Source: an uncultured Candidatus Saccharibacteria bacterium (lineage in GTDB: Bacteria; Patescibacteriota; Doudnabacteria; UBA920). Taken from it: a stretch of 64,000 bases of DNA. The notes beneath the pieces were generated by a model that worked only from the letters and a program-made list of their open reading frames with translations, ran no database searches and had not been told where the DNA came from. Each line of letters begins with the position of its first letter. Positions within the stretch are counted from its first letter, which is position 1. The position numbers and the translations under genes were made by a program. Below, piece after piece: positions 37,720 through 48,572 of this stretch. The DNA is taken from the NCBI GenBank assembly GCA_964416765.1, contig CAYQEU010000001.1:340480-404479 (forward strand). Direction: 5' to 3'.

Positions 37720-38821
37720 TCTCCGCAGCCTGCAGCATGGCTCCATTAGCGGAGTGGAGAATTATATTTTGAATCTGCTGGAACACTTAATCCCGGCCGA
37801 TTCTTCCAATTCTTACACGCTGTTTTCCAACTCTTACCGCGCCCATGACATTGGCCATTTAAAGTTCATTAATACCACCACGGTATCCGGAAGGTTGCCG
37901 AACCGTTTATTGAACTTGTCGCTGAAGTTATTTAATTACCCCAAGTTTGAAAAGATGTTTGGTGATTTTGACTGCCTCTTTTTGCCGAATTTCAACCAGT
38001 TTGCCATCAACCCCCGGACCAAATTAGTGATCACCGTGCACGATATGTCGCCGATTGTAACTCCCGAATTCTATGACCTGCGCCGCCGCTTGTGGCACCG
38101 CTTCGTTAACATACGCAAGTCCCTGCACCGCGCTGACAGGATTTTAGCGGTATCGGGGTTTACTAAAAACGAGTTAATTAGATTATATGGATTGCCGGCG
38201 GATAAGATTTCGGTCACACATCTGGCAGTTAACCAGCGGTTGTTCCATCCTAATCTTGATGTTTATAAGCTTCGGGAAACAAGGAATGTTTACGGACTAC
38301 CCGGAAAGTTTTTCCTTTATCTCGGAACGTTGGAGCCCAGGAAAAACATCCCTTCCATAATCAAGGCCTTTGAAAGGCAGGATACTGACGCAGACTTGGT
38401 AATAGCCGGACGCCCTGGGTGGAAGTACGAACCCATATTTGACCTGATCAGCAAGAGCCCCAAGAGAAGGCAAATTAAATACATTGGATATATTGAAGAG
38501 GATTACAAGCCGTCTTTATTAAAATTAGCACACGCGCTCGTGTGGCCGAGTTTTTATGAGGGATTCGGTTTGCCCCCGCTCGAAGCCATGGCCGTTGGCA
38601 CTCCCGTGATTACCTCACAGGTTGCCTCTCTACCGGAAACAGTTGGTGATGCGGCCTTGATGATAAACCCTTATAATATAGAAGACCTGTCCCACGCCAT
38701 GGAAGCCATAGGCCAGGAAGAAACCAGGCAGCAGCTGATTGCCCGCGGTTTTGACCAGGTAAAGAAATATTCCTGGGATGCCACGGCCGCAAAAACATTA
38801 GAAGCATTCAAAAAACTTTAA
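37703..38821 (+). CDS. Glycosyltransferase family 4
   Basis: [20 protein letters not shown]. Confidence 0.92.
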   Translation: MKIAIDLRSLQHGSISGVENYILNLLEHLIPADSSNSYTLFSNSYRAHDIGHLKFINTTTVSGRLPNRLLNLSLKLFNYPKFEKMFGDFDCLFLPNFNQFAINPRTKLVITVHDMSPIVTPEFYDLRRRLWHRFVNIRKSLHRADRILAVSGFTKNELIRLYGLPADKISVTHLAVNQRLFHPNLDVYKLRETRNVYGLPGKFFLYLGTLEPRKNIPSIIKAFERQDTDADLVIAGRPGWKYEPIFDLISKSPKRRQIKYIGYIEEDYKPSLLKLAHALVWPSFYEGFGLPPLEAMAVGTPVITSQVASLPETVGDAALMINPYNIEDLSHAMEAIGQEETRQQLIARGFDQVKKYSWDATAAKTLEAFKKL

Positions 38822-39975
38822 TGCGCATAGGATTTGATTTCAGAATGGGTGGCAGTGTGAATTCCGGAATTGGCCGGTATGTTTTTGAATTGCTTACCCA
38901 TATTTTGGAACAAGACCGTGTTAACCAGTACGTGATTTTCTTCCACCCGCAAAATAGCGCGCCCGCTGACATTGAAAAGCTAAAAAAGTTTACCAACACG
39001 GAACTAGTTCCGGCTCCTTATCGTCATTACTCGCTAAGTGAGCAGCTCTTCTTTCCTCGCCTGCTTAAGAAACATAATTTAGATCTTGTTCATTTCCCAA
39101 ATTTCAACGTACCGGTTTTTTACCGCAAACCTTTTGTAGTGACTATTCACGATATGGTCCATCACAAGATTAGCGGCCATAAGAAAAGCCACTTACTCCA
39201 CTTCTATGGATACAAATATGTCATAAACCGGGCGGCGCATAAGTCGCAAGCCATTATTACGGTCTCAGAAGCGGCGAAGAAAGACATAGTGGAACTTTTG
39301 GGAGTCCCTGAAGAAAAGGTGAAGGTGATTTATGAAGCGCCCTTCCTGCCGGTGGCGGCTGACCTGGACGCCGAATCCATAAAAAAACGTTACCTGATCA
39401 ACAAACCTTATTTTTTCTTTGTGGGCACGCTGGAAAGAAAAAAGAATATTATCGGCCTGGCAAAGGGTTTTCAGAAATTTTTGGATAAATATAAACTGGA
39501 TATGGATTTGGTTATAGCGGGCAAAGCCGATAAGCATTACCCGGAAATTAAGTTTGAAGCGCTGCAGCAAGTCAACCCAAAACATGTGGTGTTTACCGAT
39601 TTTGTAAGCGACGAGACTCTGGCCGGCTTGTACCGCGGGGCGTTTGCTTTTATTACCGCGTCCCTTCACGAAGGGTTTGGCCTGCCTGGAGTTGAGGCAA
39701 TGCAATTTGGCCTGCCTGTGCTGGCATCTGACACTGCCGTGTTAAATGAAGTATATGATAACGCGGCCATCTATTTTGACCCTTTAAACCCTGACGACAT
39801 AGCCGAAAAAATGAAACTTCTCGCCCAGGACGAACAGTTTTATCAGCGCATGCAGGAACGAAGCATTGAACGTTACCGTTTGTTTGACTGGGAAGAGACC
39901 GCCAAACACACCTTGTCTATTTACCGCGTAGCGGTGGGCAAGAAGAATTTTGAACCTGAGGAGGAACCTGTATGA
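38821..39975 (+). CDS. Glycosyltransferase family 4
   Basis: SGIGRY, GTLERKKN, HEGFGLPGVEAM. Confidence 0.92.
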   Translation: MRIGFDFRMGGSVNSGIGRYVFELLTHILEQDRVNQYVIFFHPQNSAPADIEKLKKFTNTELVPAPYRHYSLSEQLFFPRLLKKHNLDLVHFPNFNVPVFYRKPFVVTIHDMVHHKISGHKKSHLLHFYGYKYVINRAAHKSQAIITVSEAAKKDIVELLGVPEEKVKVIYEAPFLPVAADLDAESIKKRYLINKPYFFFVGTLERKKNIIGLAKGFQKFLDKYKLDMDLVIAGKADKHYPEIKFEALQQVNPKHVVFTDFVSDETLAGLYRGAFAFITASLHEGFGLPGVEAMQFGLPVLASDTAVLNEVYDNAAIYFDPLNPDDIAEKMKLLAQDEQFYQRMQERSIERYRLFDWEETAKHTLSIYRVAVGKKNFEPEEEPV

Positions 39976-41069
39976 AGATTGCAATCGCCGGAGGCCAGAC
40001 AGGCGGACCAATAGTTCCTTTGCTTGCAATTGTGCAGGAACTCAAAGATATGGGAAAACGAACTTCCGTTTTGGTTTTTGATGTACCTAAGGGAGCCGGC
40101 CACCACCTCGCCCAAAAGAATAGTTTCCATTTTAAGCCACTACATACCGGAAAATTGCGCCGATATTGGTCTTGGCGTACCCTGCTTTCTCCTTTCGCTG
40201 TTGCCTGGGGAGTGATAGAAGCGCTCTATTATTTGGGCTCCTTTCGGCCTGATCTGGTATTGGGCGCCGGTGGTTTCGTCCAGGCTCCCGTAGTACTGGC
40301 AGCCTGGTTTTTGCACATCCCGGTGCTAATCCACCAACAAGATGTGCGCCCGTCCTTGTCTAACATCCTTTCCGCGCCAATTGCAAAGCGCATAACGACA
40401 ACTTTTGAGGAATCGATTCGGACGTTCTCCACGGGTACGGGATTCTTTAGGAGAAAAAAACATATCCAGAAAGTTTTATGGACGGGCAATCCGTTTCGGG
40501 AAAGTTTGCAAAACGGTAAAGTCACGGAGGCCCGGAAGCACTTTAAATTGGACGGCGACCTGCCAATTATTTTTATTACCGGGGGAGGAAGCGGTGCAAC
40601 TGCCCTTAACAGTTTGGTATACCAAGCTTTGCCCCAGCTAAAAAACACAGTGCAGGTCATTCACGGTACCGGACCAGGCAAAATGGTTCACAGAGAATCT
40701 GAAAATTATCATCCTTTCGAGTTTATTGACCGCATGGATCTGGCCTACGCCGCAGCCGACTTAGTTGTGAGCCGCGCTGGGATTTCGACCATTACGGAAT
40801 TGGCTAATCTGGGAAAAGTCAGTATAATAATCCCCATGCCCAAAACCCATCAGGAAGAAAACGCTATGCTGTTGTTCAGACATAAGGCGGCCATTATCCT
40901 TAAGCAGGAATCAACCACTGCCGACGAATTGTCGAACCTGGTTAGAAGGTTGTTGCTAGACGGCGACAGCCAAAAGTTTCTTAAGCAAAACATTTCTGGT
41001 TTAATGCCAAAACAATCGGCAAAAAAGATCGCTAAAATCGCCCTTGAAATTACCGGACATGACCACTAA
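39972..41069 (+). CDS. murG: MurG N-acetylglucosaminyltransferase
   Basis: GGQTGG, GKLRRY, GGF, TGNP, GGGSGA, SRAG, HQEENA. Confidence 0.88.
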   Translation: MKIAIAGGQTGGPIVPLLAIVQELKDMGKRTSVLVFDVPKGAGHHLAQKNSFHFKPLHTGKLRRYWSWRTLLSPFAVAWGVIEALYYLGSFRPDLVLGAGGFVQAPVVLAAWFLHIPVLIHQQDVRPSLSNILSAPIAKRITTTFEESIRTFSTGTGFFRRKKHIQKVLWTGNPFRESLQNGKVTEARKHFKLDGDLPIIFITGGGSGATALNSLVYQALPQLKNTVQVIHGTGPGKMVHRESENYHPFEFIDRMDLAYAAADLVVSRAGISTITELANLGKVSIIIPMPKTHQEENAMLLFRHKAAIILKQESTTADELSNLVRRLLLDGDSQKFLKQNISGLMPKQSAKKIAKIALEITGHDH

Positions 41070-42051
41070 ATACCGTCCAAAAGTTGGTTTGGCTTTGGCG
41101 GGCGCCTCCTCGCGCTCGGTCTTTTATATTGGCTTTCTTGAAGTCCTCAAGGAAGAAGGCTTTGACATCGATTATATTTCAACCTTGTCCGGCGGCTCTA
41201 TTATTGCCGCCGCGTATTCCTGCGGCACTTTGCCGGAACTGAAAAAGAGGGCGCTCAAGATAGACAAGGAACTGGTTTTTAGCATAATCGAAAAAAGCAA
41301 AGGCAAAAGCGGATTGTACCAGCTCGACAAGGTGGAAGAAATCATGCAAACCTACACGAAAAATTTGCGTTTTGAGGACGTACACCCTCGCTTGGGAATC
41401 GTCGCCACTGACATTACCGCGGGCGAAGCGGTAGTTTTGGAAATCGGGGACCTGGCCCGGGCCATCTGCGCCTCTTGCGCGCTTCCGTTTATTTTTGAAC
41501 CCATTCCCTGGGGGAATCGCTTATTAGTTGATGGGGGAGTCGCCGGTGTAGTTCCGGGGTCGGCCGCGCGTAAAGCCGGGATGGATATAGTTATCGGCGT
41601 TGACCTGAGCGCCAAGACCTACGTGTTTAGCTGGTGGCAGGTGTTAGCTGGTCGCCTGGTGAAATCGTTGAAGAAAATTTTTCTTGTCGACCACGCCTCG
41701 CTTCTTTGGGATAGGATTTCGGCTTACGCCAGCAGTCTTGACTCTTACGACACATATTCTTCTTTGATTAATGAGGCCACGGTAAAACGGCCGGGGATGT
41801 TTTCGGTGCTTGGCCGCTCCGTCGACATTGCCCTGGCTGCCCAAAAAATTGAGGACCCCCGCAAAACGGATTATAATTGTGACTTGTTAATTGCGCCGCC
41901 TTTAAAGATCCCATGGTGGAAGCGGCACCTGTTCTTTTTGTTTACTGACTTTTCCAATATTGAAGAAATGTATGAGCTTGGCCGGGAAACGGCACGGGAA
42001 TATTTACCCAAGATGAGACAATTAATTGATGACTTCAATGAACCTAGATAA
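41059..42051 (+). CDS. Patatin-like phospholipase (atypical motifs)
   Basis: LALAGASSR, TLSGG, ASCALP, DGG. Confidence 0.8.
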   Translation: MTTKYRPKVGLALAGASSRSVFYIGFLEVLKEEGFDIDYISTLSGGSIIAAAYSCGTLPELKKRALKIDKELVFSIIEKSKGKSGLYQLDKVEEIMQTYTKNLRFEDVHPRLGIVATDITAGEAVVLEIGDLARAICASCALPFIFEPIPWGNRLLVDGGVAGVVPGSAARKAGMDIVIGVDLSAKTYVFSWWQVLAGRLVKSLKKIFLVDHASLLWDRISAYASSLDSYDTYSSLINEATVKRPGMFSVLGRSVDIALAAQKIEDPRKTDYNCDLLIAPPLKIPWWKRHLFFLFTDFSNIEEMYELGRETAREYLPKMRQLIDDFNEPR

Positions 42052-43441
42052 AGTACACAGTATTTATTTTGTGGGAATCGGCGGCATTGCGATGTCAGCG
42101 GCCGCGGGTCTTGCCCGTGACCTGCAGTTTGAAGTTTCGGGCAGCGACAGCAACGCCATCTACGCCCCTGCCAAGGATGTGTTGGACAAATTTGAAATTC
42201 CTTACACGGTCGGTTACAACAAAAATAATATTGAGGACGCGAAAGCGGACCTTTATATCGTGTCAGCCGGTGAAGGTCCAGAAAATCCCGAAGTGTCTTA
42301 TCTAGAGGAACAGGAAATACCATACTATTCCTTTAGCGAACTCCTGGGAGAGTTGGCCCAGGATAAATTGCGCATTGTGGTGGCAGGGACGAATGGGAAA
42401 TCAACCACGGCGGGATTGCTTGGGCATGTAATGTCCGATTTGGATGACAGCTCTTTTATGACAGGCGCGGTGCTGCAACAATACGGTAGCAATTTCCATT
42501 CCGGCAGCGGCCATTACTTCGTGTTTGAAGGGGATGAATATAAGGCCTTGGCGTCCGACCCAACGCCCAAATTCCATTTTTACCGCCCCGACATTCTGGT
42601 ACTGACCAATCTCGAATATGACCATCCGGACATGTACCACTCTTTGGACGAAATTCGTGATGAATTTCGGCTCCTGATAGCCAACCTCCCCGAAGACGGA
42701 CTGATCATATACAACGCCGATGACCCAAATCTGGCGCCGCTAGTCCACGAGAGTAACGTGGCTTCGTTTAGTTACGGGATTGCTAACAGCGCTGATTATG
42801 CCGTAAGCGACATTGTATTTAATCAAAAAACCACCTCATTCAATGTAAACAATGCCCGATGGGAAAAGCCCGAACAGTATGAAATTGCCCTGGCTGGCCA
42901 ACTGAATATCTACAACGCCCTAGGGCCTATCGCTTTACTCCGGTCATTGGGTTTTTCCCGCGATCAGATACATCCGGTAATTCAGACTTACTGGGGCGTG
43001 AAAAGGCGTTTTGAATTTGTAGGCAACCGTGGCGGAGTGGATGTGTACGATGATTACGCCCACTTTCCCACTGCCGTTGCGGAAACCCTGGCGGCCGCTA
43101 AAACCCGATACCCAAACGGACGCATCATTGCCGTGTTTGAACCGCACACATACAGCCGTACGGAAATGACCTTGCCTGATTTGGCCAAAAGTTTTTCCGC
43201 GGCTGATAAGGTTTACATCGCCGAAATTTATCCCGCCAGGGAGGTCAAGAATGACGCCAGTATTACCGCGGAGCAAGTGGTAAAAGAAATTAAAGATAAT
43301 CAGCCTAATGTAGAAGTGGTCGCTGACAAAACCGAAGCGCTGGCGAAACTTAAAAATGAACTTAAGCCGGGCGACGCTGTAATAATTATGGCGGTTGGCA
43401 GTTTTAATACCTTAGCTTACGATCTAATGGAACAACTCTAA
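42038..43441 (+). CDS. Mur ligase of the MurC/Mpl family
   Basis: GIGGIAMS, GTNGKSTT, EGDEY, DH, RRFE, DDYAH, FEPH. Confidence 0.9.
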   Translation: MNLDKVHSIYFVGIGGIAMSAAAGLARDLQFEVSGSDSNAIYAPAKDVLDKFEIPYTVGYNKNNIEDAKADLYIVSAGEGPENPEVSYLEEQEIPYYSFSELLGELAQDKLRIVVAGTNGKSTTAGLLGHVMSDLDDSSFMTGAVLQQYGSNFHSGSGHYFVFEGDEYKALASDPTPKFHFYRPDILVLTNLEYDHPDMYHSLDEIRDEFRLLIANLPEDGLIIYNADDPNLAPLVHESNVASFSYGIANSADYAVSDIVFNQKTTSFNVNNARWEKPEQYEIALAGQLNIYNALGPIALLRSLGFSRDQIHPVIQTYWGVKRRFEFVGNRGGVDVYDDYAHFPTAVAETLAAAKTRYPNGRIIAVFEPHTYSRTEMTLPDLAKSFSAADKVYIAEIYPAREVKNDASITAEQVVKEIKDNQPNVEVVADKTEALAKLKNELKPGDAVIIMAVGSFNTLAYDLMEQL

Positions 43442-44544
43442 TGGAATTTATTGAGAACTACCCCTTACAGCCACTAACTTCATTCAAAATTGGCGGACCC
43501 GCCAAGTTCTTTTGCGCGCCCGTTACACCTGAAGAAATCACGGAAGCGCTTGCTTTTGCAATAGAGAAACACGTGAGCACTTTCGTTTTGGGCGGTGGCA
43601 GTAACGTGGTAATTAGTGATGACGGACTAGATGCGCTCGTAATTAACCCGGTTAAGCGAGGGAGAAGAGTTGAGAAAGAAACCAACGAAGAAGTGCTGAT
43701 TGAAGTTTGCGCTGGGGAAAACTGGGATGAGTTCGTACAGTACGCTATCGAAAACAACTGGTGGGGGATTGAAAACCTTTCCTATGTTCCCGGTAGCGCC
43801 GGTGCTTTCGCGGTTCAAAACGTGGGCGCTTATGGACAAGAGGCGAGCGATGTCGTGGTTTCAGTGGAGGCGTATGAAGTAAAGTCCGGTAAGGTGGTCA
43901 ATCTCAGCAATGAAGAATGCGGATTCTACTATCGCCACAGCATTTTTAACACAACCCAAAAAGGTGAGTACATAATTTTAAGCACCACTTTGCGGTTGAG
44001 TAAGGACGGCAGACCAAATCTGTCCTACCCTGACCTGGTCAAAAAGTTTGGCAACTCTACTCCAACTTTATCGGAGATTCGTGAAGCGATAATTGAGATT
44101 AGGAACAGGAAATACCCGTTTCCGAGAACCGCGATAGGGGGTAGTGTCGGTTCATTTTTCCAAAACCCAATCCTGGATGATGAGCAAGTCAGCAAACTTC
44201 GCGGACAAATCCAGGAAGAATTTGGTCCAGATGTCTCCGAAAAGTTTGCCGAGCTGGAAGAGAAATTCAGCTCCAAAAAAATTGGGCTTAAGGCCAGCGC
44301 CTTCTTAATAGATATCTGCGGCCTTAAGGGTTTGGAAGTCGGGGGCGTTAAGGTAAATGAAAATCAACCACTGGTGCTGTTGAACAAAGGGAATGCAACC
44401 TCGCGCGACGTGCTGGAAATAGCCCACAAAGTACGCTCGGTGGTTTACGCAAAAACAGGTGTGGTTATACCCATCGAACCGGAATTAGTTGGCTTTTCTA
44501 AGGCAGATTTTGATCAGTTTCTAACTATGCCGACACATCATTAA
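43441..44544 (+). CDS. murB: UDP-N-acetylenolpyruvoylglucosamine reductase
   Basis: LGGGSN, QNVGAYG, GSFFQNP, IEP. Confidence 0.93.
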   Translation: MEFIENYPLQPLTSFKIGGPAKFFCAPVTPEEITEALAFAIEKHVSTFVLGGGSNVVISDDGLDALVINPVKRGRRVEKETNEEVLIEVCAGENWDEFVQYAIENNWWGIENLSYVPGSAGAFAVQNVGAYGQEASDVVVSVEAYEVKSGKVVNLSNEECGFYYRHSIFNTTQKGEYIILSTTLRLSKDGRPNLSYPDLVKKFGNSTPTLSEIREAIIEIRNRKYPFPRTAIGGSVGSFFQNPILDDEQVSKLRGQIQEEFGPDVSEKFAELEEKFSSKKIGLKASAFLIDICGLKGLEVGGVKVNENQPLVLLNKGNATSRDVLEIAHKVRSVVYAKTGVVIPIEPELVGFSKADFDQFLTMPTHH

Positions 44545-44579
44545 ATGTTATAATTAACTACCTAACACAAAATAAATAT

Positions 44580-44915
44580 ATGAATATCAATATCAAAGCC
44601 ACTAACACAACCCTTACCCCATCAATCAGGCAGAGCATTGAAGATAAACTGGCTAACCTAGAAGGATTTATGCGACCTGAGGATATTATCCAAGTAGAAC
44701 TGGAAGAAATTACCAGGCACAAAAATGGTATGACCAGCAGGGTTGAAGTCCATATTCGCCCTCATGGCCAGTATGCCGAAGGCTTTGGCAACGATTTCCA
44801 TGAAGCATTAGATTTAGTAATACCGAAAATTAGAGAACAACTCTCGCGCAATAAAGACAAACGTGTCAGTTTGCGCCGCCGCCTGGGCTCTATTTTCAAG
44901 AGAAACCGAAGTTAA
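44580..44915 (+). CDS. hpf: Ribosome hibernation promoting factor (RaiA/HPF)
   Basis: MNINIKATNTTLTPSI...ALDLV...QL pattern; upstream of secA. Confidence 0.8.
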   Translation: MNINIKATNTTLTPSIRQSIEDKLANLEGFMRPEDIIQVELEEITRHKNGMTSRVEVHIRPHGQYAEGFGNDFHEALDLVIPKIREQLSRNKDKRVSLRRRLGSIFKRNRS

Positions 44916-44918
44916 CAC

Positions 44919-47669
44919 ATGTCTTTTTTATCCCGAATATTCAATTTTAGCAACAACCCGTTAGATACTTACGCCAGTGAGTTAGCACAGATAAACAGCT
45001 TTCGCGACGAAGTGGCGGCCCTGACCCAGGACCAGATCCAGGAAGAGATGAAGAACTACCGTTCTGAGCTGGGCGAAATGGATGAAGCGGCTATATTAAA
45101 AAAACTTGGGGAAATTCGTCCCCGGGTTTTTGCTCTTACCAGAGAAGCGGCCAAGCGAAGCATCGGGCAATTCCACTATGACGTCCAAATCGTGGGCGGC
45201 ATTGTTTTATCTGAAGGCAAAATTGCTGAAATGAGGACAGGTGAGGGTAAAACCCTTACCGCCACTTTGCCTTTAAGTCTATACGCGCTGGCCGGCAAGG
45301 GCTCTCATCTAGTCACGGTTAACGACTATCTGGCCAGATGGAACGCCAGCTCCATGGCGCCCATTTACCACTACCTCGGTTTGTCCGTCGCCAGCATTCA
45401 GCACGAGGCATCCTTTTTGTATGACCCTACTTACCAGCCTGAGCAGGAAGAAATTTCGGAAATTGAAAGCGGCACGCAAGGGTTGGTTTTAGATGTTAAA
45501 CATATGCGCCCGGTCGCCCGGCGCGAGGCGTATGCTGCCGACATAACCTACGGCACCAACAATGAATATGGGTTTGACTACCTGCGCGATAACATGGCCC
45601 AAACCGCGGCCCAGCTGGTGCAACGCGACCTTTTTTATTCAATCGTGGACGAAGTAGACAGTATCTTGATTGATGAAGCCCGCACGCCGTTGATTATCAG
45701 CCAGCCTGACACGGACCCTACCGAAAAGTACAACCAGTTCGCGCGCATAGTGGACCGTCTTCAGGAAGGCGAGGAGAACAAGGATACCGGCGAAAGCACG
45801 GGCGATTATGTTGTTGATGAAAAACATAAATCCGCCAACCTTACCGATGAAGGCATTAACAAGATAGAAAAGATCCTGAACATCGGGAACATTTATGACA
45901 CAACGAATGGTGTAACCACTCTCCACCACATTGTCCAAGCGCTCCGGGCCAAGACTTTGTATAAGAAAGACCGTGATTATGTGATTCGTGATGGTGAAGT
46001 TATTATTGTCGATGAGTTTACCGGGCGTTTAATGTTCGGCCGCCGCTACTCTGAAGGGCTGCACCAGGCCATTGAAGCGAAAGAAGGGGTAAAAATCCAG
46101 CAAGAAAGCAAAACTCTTGCCACTATTACTTTCCAAAACCTATTTCGGTTGTACAGCAAGCTATCGGGCATGACCGGTACAGCCAAAACTGAAGAGGAAG
46201 AATTCTTCAAGATTTACCGGCTGCACGTTGTTACTATCCCGACTAACATGCCCATGGTTCGTGAAGATAAGTCGGACATGATTTATAAAACCGAGAAAGC
46301 CAAGTTTGAAGCAATCGCCCAGGAGGTAAAACTCCGGCACGCTGAAGGGCAGCCAATCCTAATTGGTACTGTTAGCATTGCCAAAAACGAAATGCTTGCT
46401 GAAGTATTGAAGAGAACCGGCGTAAACTTCGAGGTTTTGAACGCGAAGAACCATGAACGCGAAGCGCATATTATTTCCCAAGCCGGCCGTTTTGGCGCCG
46501 TCACGGTAGCTACTAATATTGCCGGCCGTGGTGTAGACATCTTGCTGGGCGGAAACCCGGTCGACAAAGATGAGGCCGAATCCGTGAAGAAAGCCGGCGG
46601 GCTGTACGTTATCGGAACAGAGCGTCATGAATCACGCCGCATAGACAACCAGTTGCGCGGACGTTCCGGCCGACAAGGCGACCCTGGCATGTCCCAATTC
46701 TATGTATCCATGGAAGATGATTTGATGAGACTGTTTGGTGGAGAACGCATGAAGAACATGATGGGCCGGTTGGGAATTCCCGATGACCAGCCAATTGAAG
46801 CAGGGCTGGTATCCCGGTCTATTGAGCAGGCCCAAAAGAAAATTGAAGGTTTAAACTTCGACACAAGAAAACACGTGCTGGAGTTTGACGATGTCCTTAA
46901 CCACCAACGCACTGTTATTTACAAACAGCGCCGCCGCTATTTGACCATGGAATTGAACGAGGAAGCGGCTGCCGGTTTGAAGGCGGAAATACTTGAATTG
47001 ATCGCAAAAGAGATCGAAGAGATTGTCATAAATGCCACGGAGGTTAACGAAGAGCCAGAAGCGGCATTAAAACAAATCATTGAAAACGCGGGTACGGTTG
47101 TACCGCTACCAGGAAATATCGCAGAAACCTTGCGCGACGCAGGCAGTAACGCGGCCAATCGGGAGTTTGCCATCACTGATGAGTTGGTAAAAATCGCAAC
47201 CGCAGAACTGGAAAAGAAAGAGCAGGAAATTACCGCTCCCGTTTATAGTCAGATTCAAAGGGCCATAATTTTGCAGTCAATTGATACTTTGTGGATGGAA
47301 CACCTCGATACTATGGATCACCTGCGTGATTCGGTAAGACTCCGTGGATATGGACAGCGTGACCCGCTAGTTGAATATAAACGAGAGGGGCATATTATGT
47401 TCCAGCGCCTGCAGGCAGAAATTAACCGTCAAATTGCATACGCTATTTTGAAGGTTACCATTCAGGCCCAGCCGCCTCAGCAGACCACGCTAAGTAACGT
47501 GACCTTAAGCGCCGGAGGGCAGGAAACGTCATCTAATTCGACCGCCCCTGATTCCAACACAAATAATGTCGGACGGAATGACCCTTGCCCTTGCGGCAGC
47601 GGAAAAAAATTCAAGAAGTGCGGTTTGTTAAACACCCCCGAGCACCAAAAGTTACTCGCCCAAAAGTAA
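44919..47669 (+). CDS. secA: Preprotein translocase ATPase SecA
   Basis: MRTGEGKT, DEVDSILIDEARTPLIIS, QLRGRSGRQGDPG, SEC-C motif. Confidence 0.98.
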   Translation: MSFLSRIFNFSNNPLDTYASELAQINSFRDEVAALTQDQIQEEMKNYRSELGEMDEAAILKKLGEIRPRVFALTREAAKRSIGQFHYDVQIVGGIVLSEGKIAEMRTGEGKTLTATLPLSLYALAGKGSHLVTVNDYLARWNASSMAPIYHYLGLSVASIQHEASFLYDPTYQPEQEEISEIESGTQGLVLDVKHMRPVARREAYAADITYGTNNEYGFDYLRDNMAQTAAQLVQRDLFYSIVDEVDSILIDEARTPLIISQPDTDPTEKYNQFARIVDRLQEGEENKDTGESTGDYVVDEKHKSANLTDEGINKIEKILNIGNIYDTTNGVTTLHHIVQALRAKTLYKKDRDYVIRDGEVIIVDEFTGRLMFGRRYSEGLHQAIEAKEGVKIQQESKTLATITFQNLFRLYSKLSGMTGTAKTEEEEFFKIYRLHVVTIPTNMPMVREDKSDMIYKTEKAKFEAIAQEVKLRHAEGQPILIGTVSIAKNEMLAEVLKRTGVNFEVLNAKNHEREAHIISQAGRFGAVTVATNIAGRGVDILLGGNPVDKDEAESVKKAGGLYVIGTERHESRRIDNQLRGRSGRQGDPGMSQFYVSMEDDLMRLFGGERMKNMMGRLGIPDDQPIEAGLVSRSIEQAQKKIEGLNFDTRKHVLEFDDVLNHQRTVIYKQRRRYLTMELNEEAAAGLKAEILELIAKEIEEIVINATEVNEEPEAALKQIIENAGTVVPLPGNIAETLRDAGSNAANREFAITDELVKIATAELEKKEQEITAPVYSQIQRAIILQSIDTLWMEHLDTMDHLRDSVRLRGYGQRDPLVEYKREGHIMFQRLQAEINRQIAYAILKVTIQAQPPQQTTLSNVTLSAGGQETSSNSTAPDSNTNNVGRNDPCPCGSGKKFKKCGLLNTPEHQKLLAQK

Positions 47670-48568
47670 TGGATTTAACAATTCAGAGAAAGATTGCATT
47701 AGTACTTGTAGCGGTACTGTTTGTTTTAGCGGGGTTCGGTTTATTGAAAACAACTTCAGCAGGTGAAGACCATCAGACTAGCCTTACGGTTTCAGAGCTG
47801 TTCACCGCTTTTCCCAAAAAACCCAATCAGGCGCCGGTTTCGGCGGCAACAGTAGCTTCAGGAAAGACCGTTAATGTCCCGATACTAATGTATCACCACG
47901 TTGGAGGACTCCCAACTGGGGCAGACGCAATTACGACTGACCTAACCGTTCCAGCTTCAGCATTTGCCGAGCAGGTAAATTGGATAAAGTCGCAGGGCTT
48001 TAATACCATCACCTTGCATGATTTATTTGAATTCAGTCTAGGTAAATTCAAAATGCCCGCCAAGCCGTTGATTTTTACTTTCGACGATGGCTACTCCGAT
48101 GTATTCGAGAACGCTATTCCCACCTTAACGCAGTATGGATATGTTGGAAGTTTTGGAATCATCACCGGGAAGGTCGGCCATGTTGAAGGCAACAATACCT
48201 ATGCAACCTGGGACCAAATTAAGTCGGCTTCAGATTCCGGGATGGAGATAGTGTCCCACACTAACAGTCACTTTGATGGAACAACCCCGAAATACAGCCT
48301 AGACTATGAGCGCGACGATATCGCCCAATCCCTAAAAGAGCTAAAATCACATCTCAACACGTCAACTAACATTCTCATTTACCCGTACGGCCATTACAAT
48401 GAACAATACCGCCAAGCCATGCACGCGGCAGGGGTGGTAATGGGAGTTACTGAAATTCACAGCGCTGACGTGAATTTAAGCGATCTTGATGAGGTACCCC
48501 GTCTGCGAGTCCATGGCCGGGAGAGCTTAACCACTTTTGAAAAAGTGATTAGTGATAAGGTAAAATAA
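47669..48568 (+). CDS. Membrane-anchored polysaccharide deacetylase (CE4)
   Basis: PILMYHH, TFDDG, SHTNSH, YPYG. Confidence 0.9.
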   Translation: MDLTIQRKIALVLVAVLFVLAGFGLLKTTSAGEDHQTSLTVSELFTAFPKKPNQAPVSAATVASGKTVNVPILMYHHVGGLPTGADAITTDLTVPASAFAEQVNWIKSQGFNTITLHDLFEFSLGKFKMPAKPLIFTFDDGYSDVFENAIPTLTQYGYVGSFGIITGKVGHVEGNNTYATWDQIKSASDSGMEIVSHTNSHFDGTTPKYSLDYERDDIAQSLKELKSHLNTSTNILIYPYGHYNEQYRQAMHAAGVVMGVTEIHSADVNLSDLDEVPRLRVHGRESLTTFEKVISDKVK

Positions 48569-48572
48569 TAAT

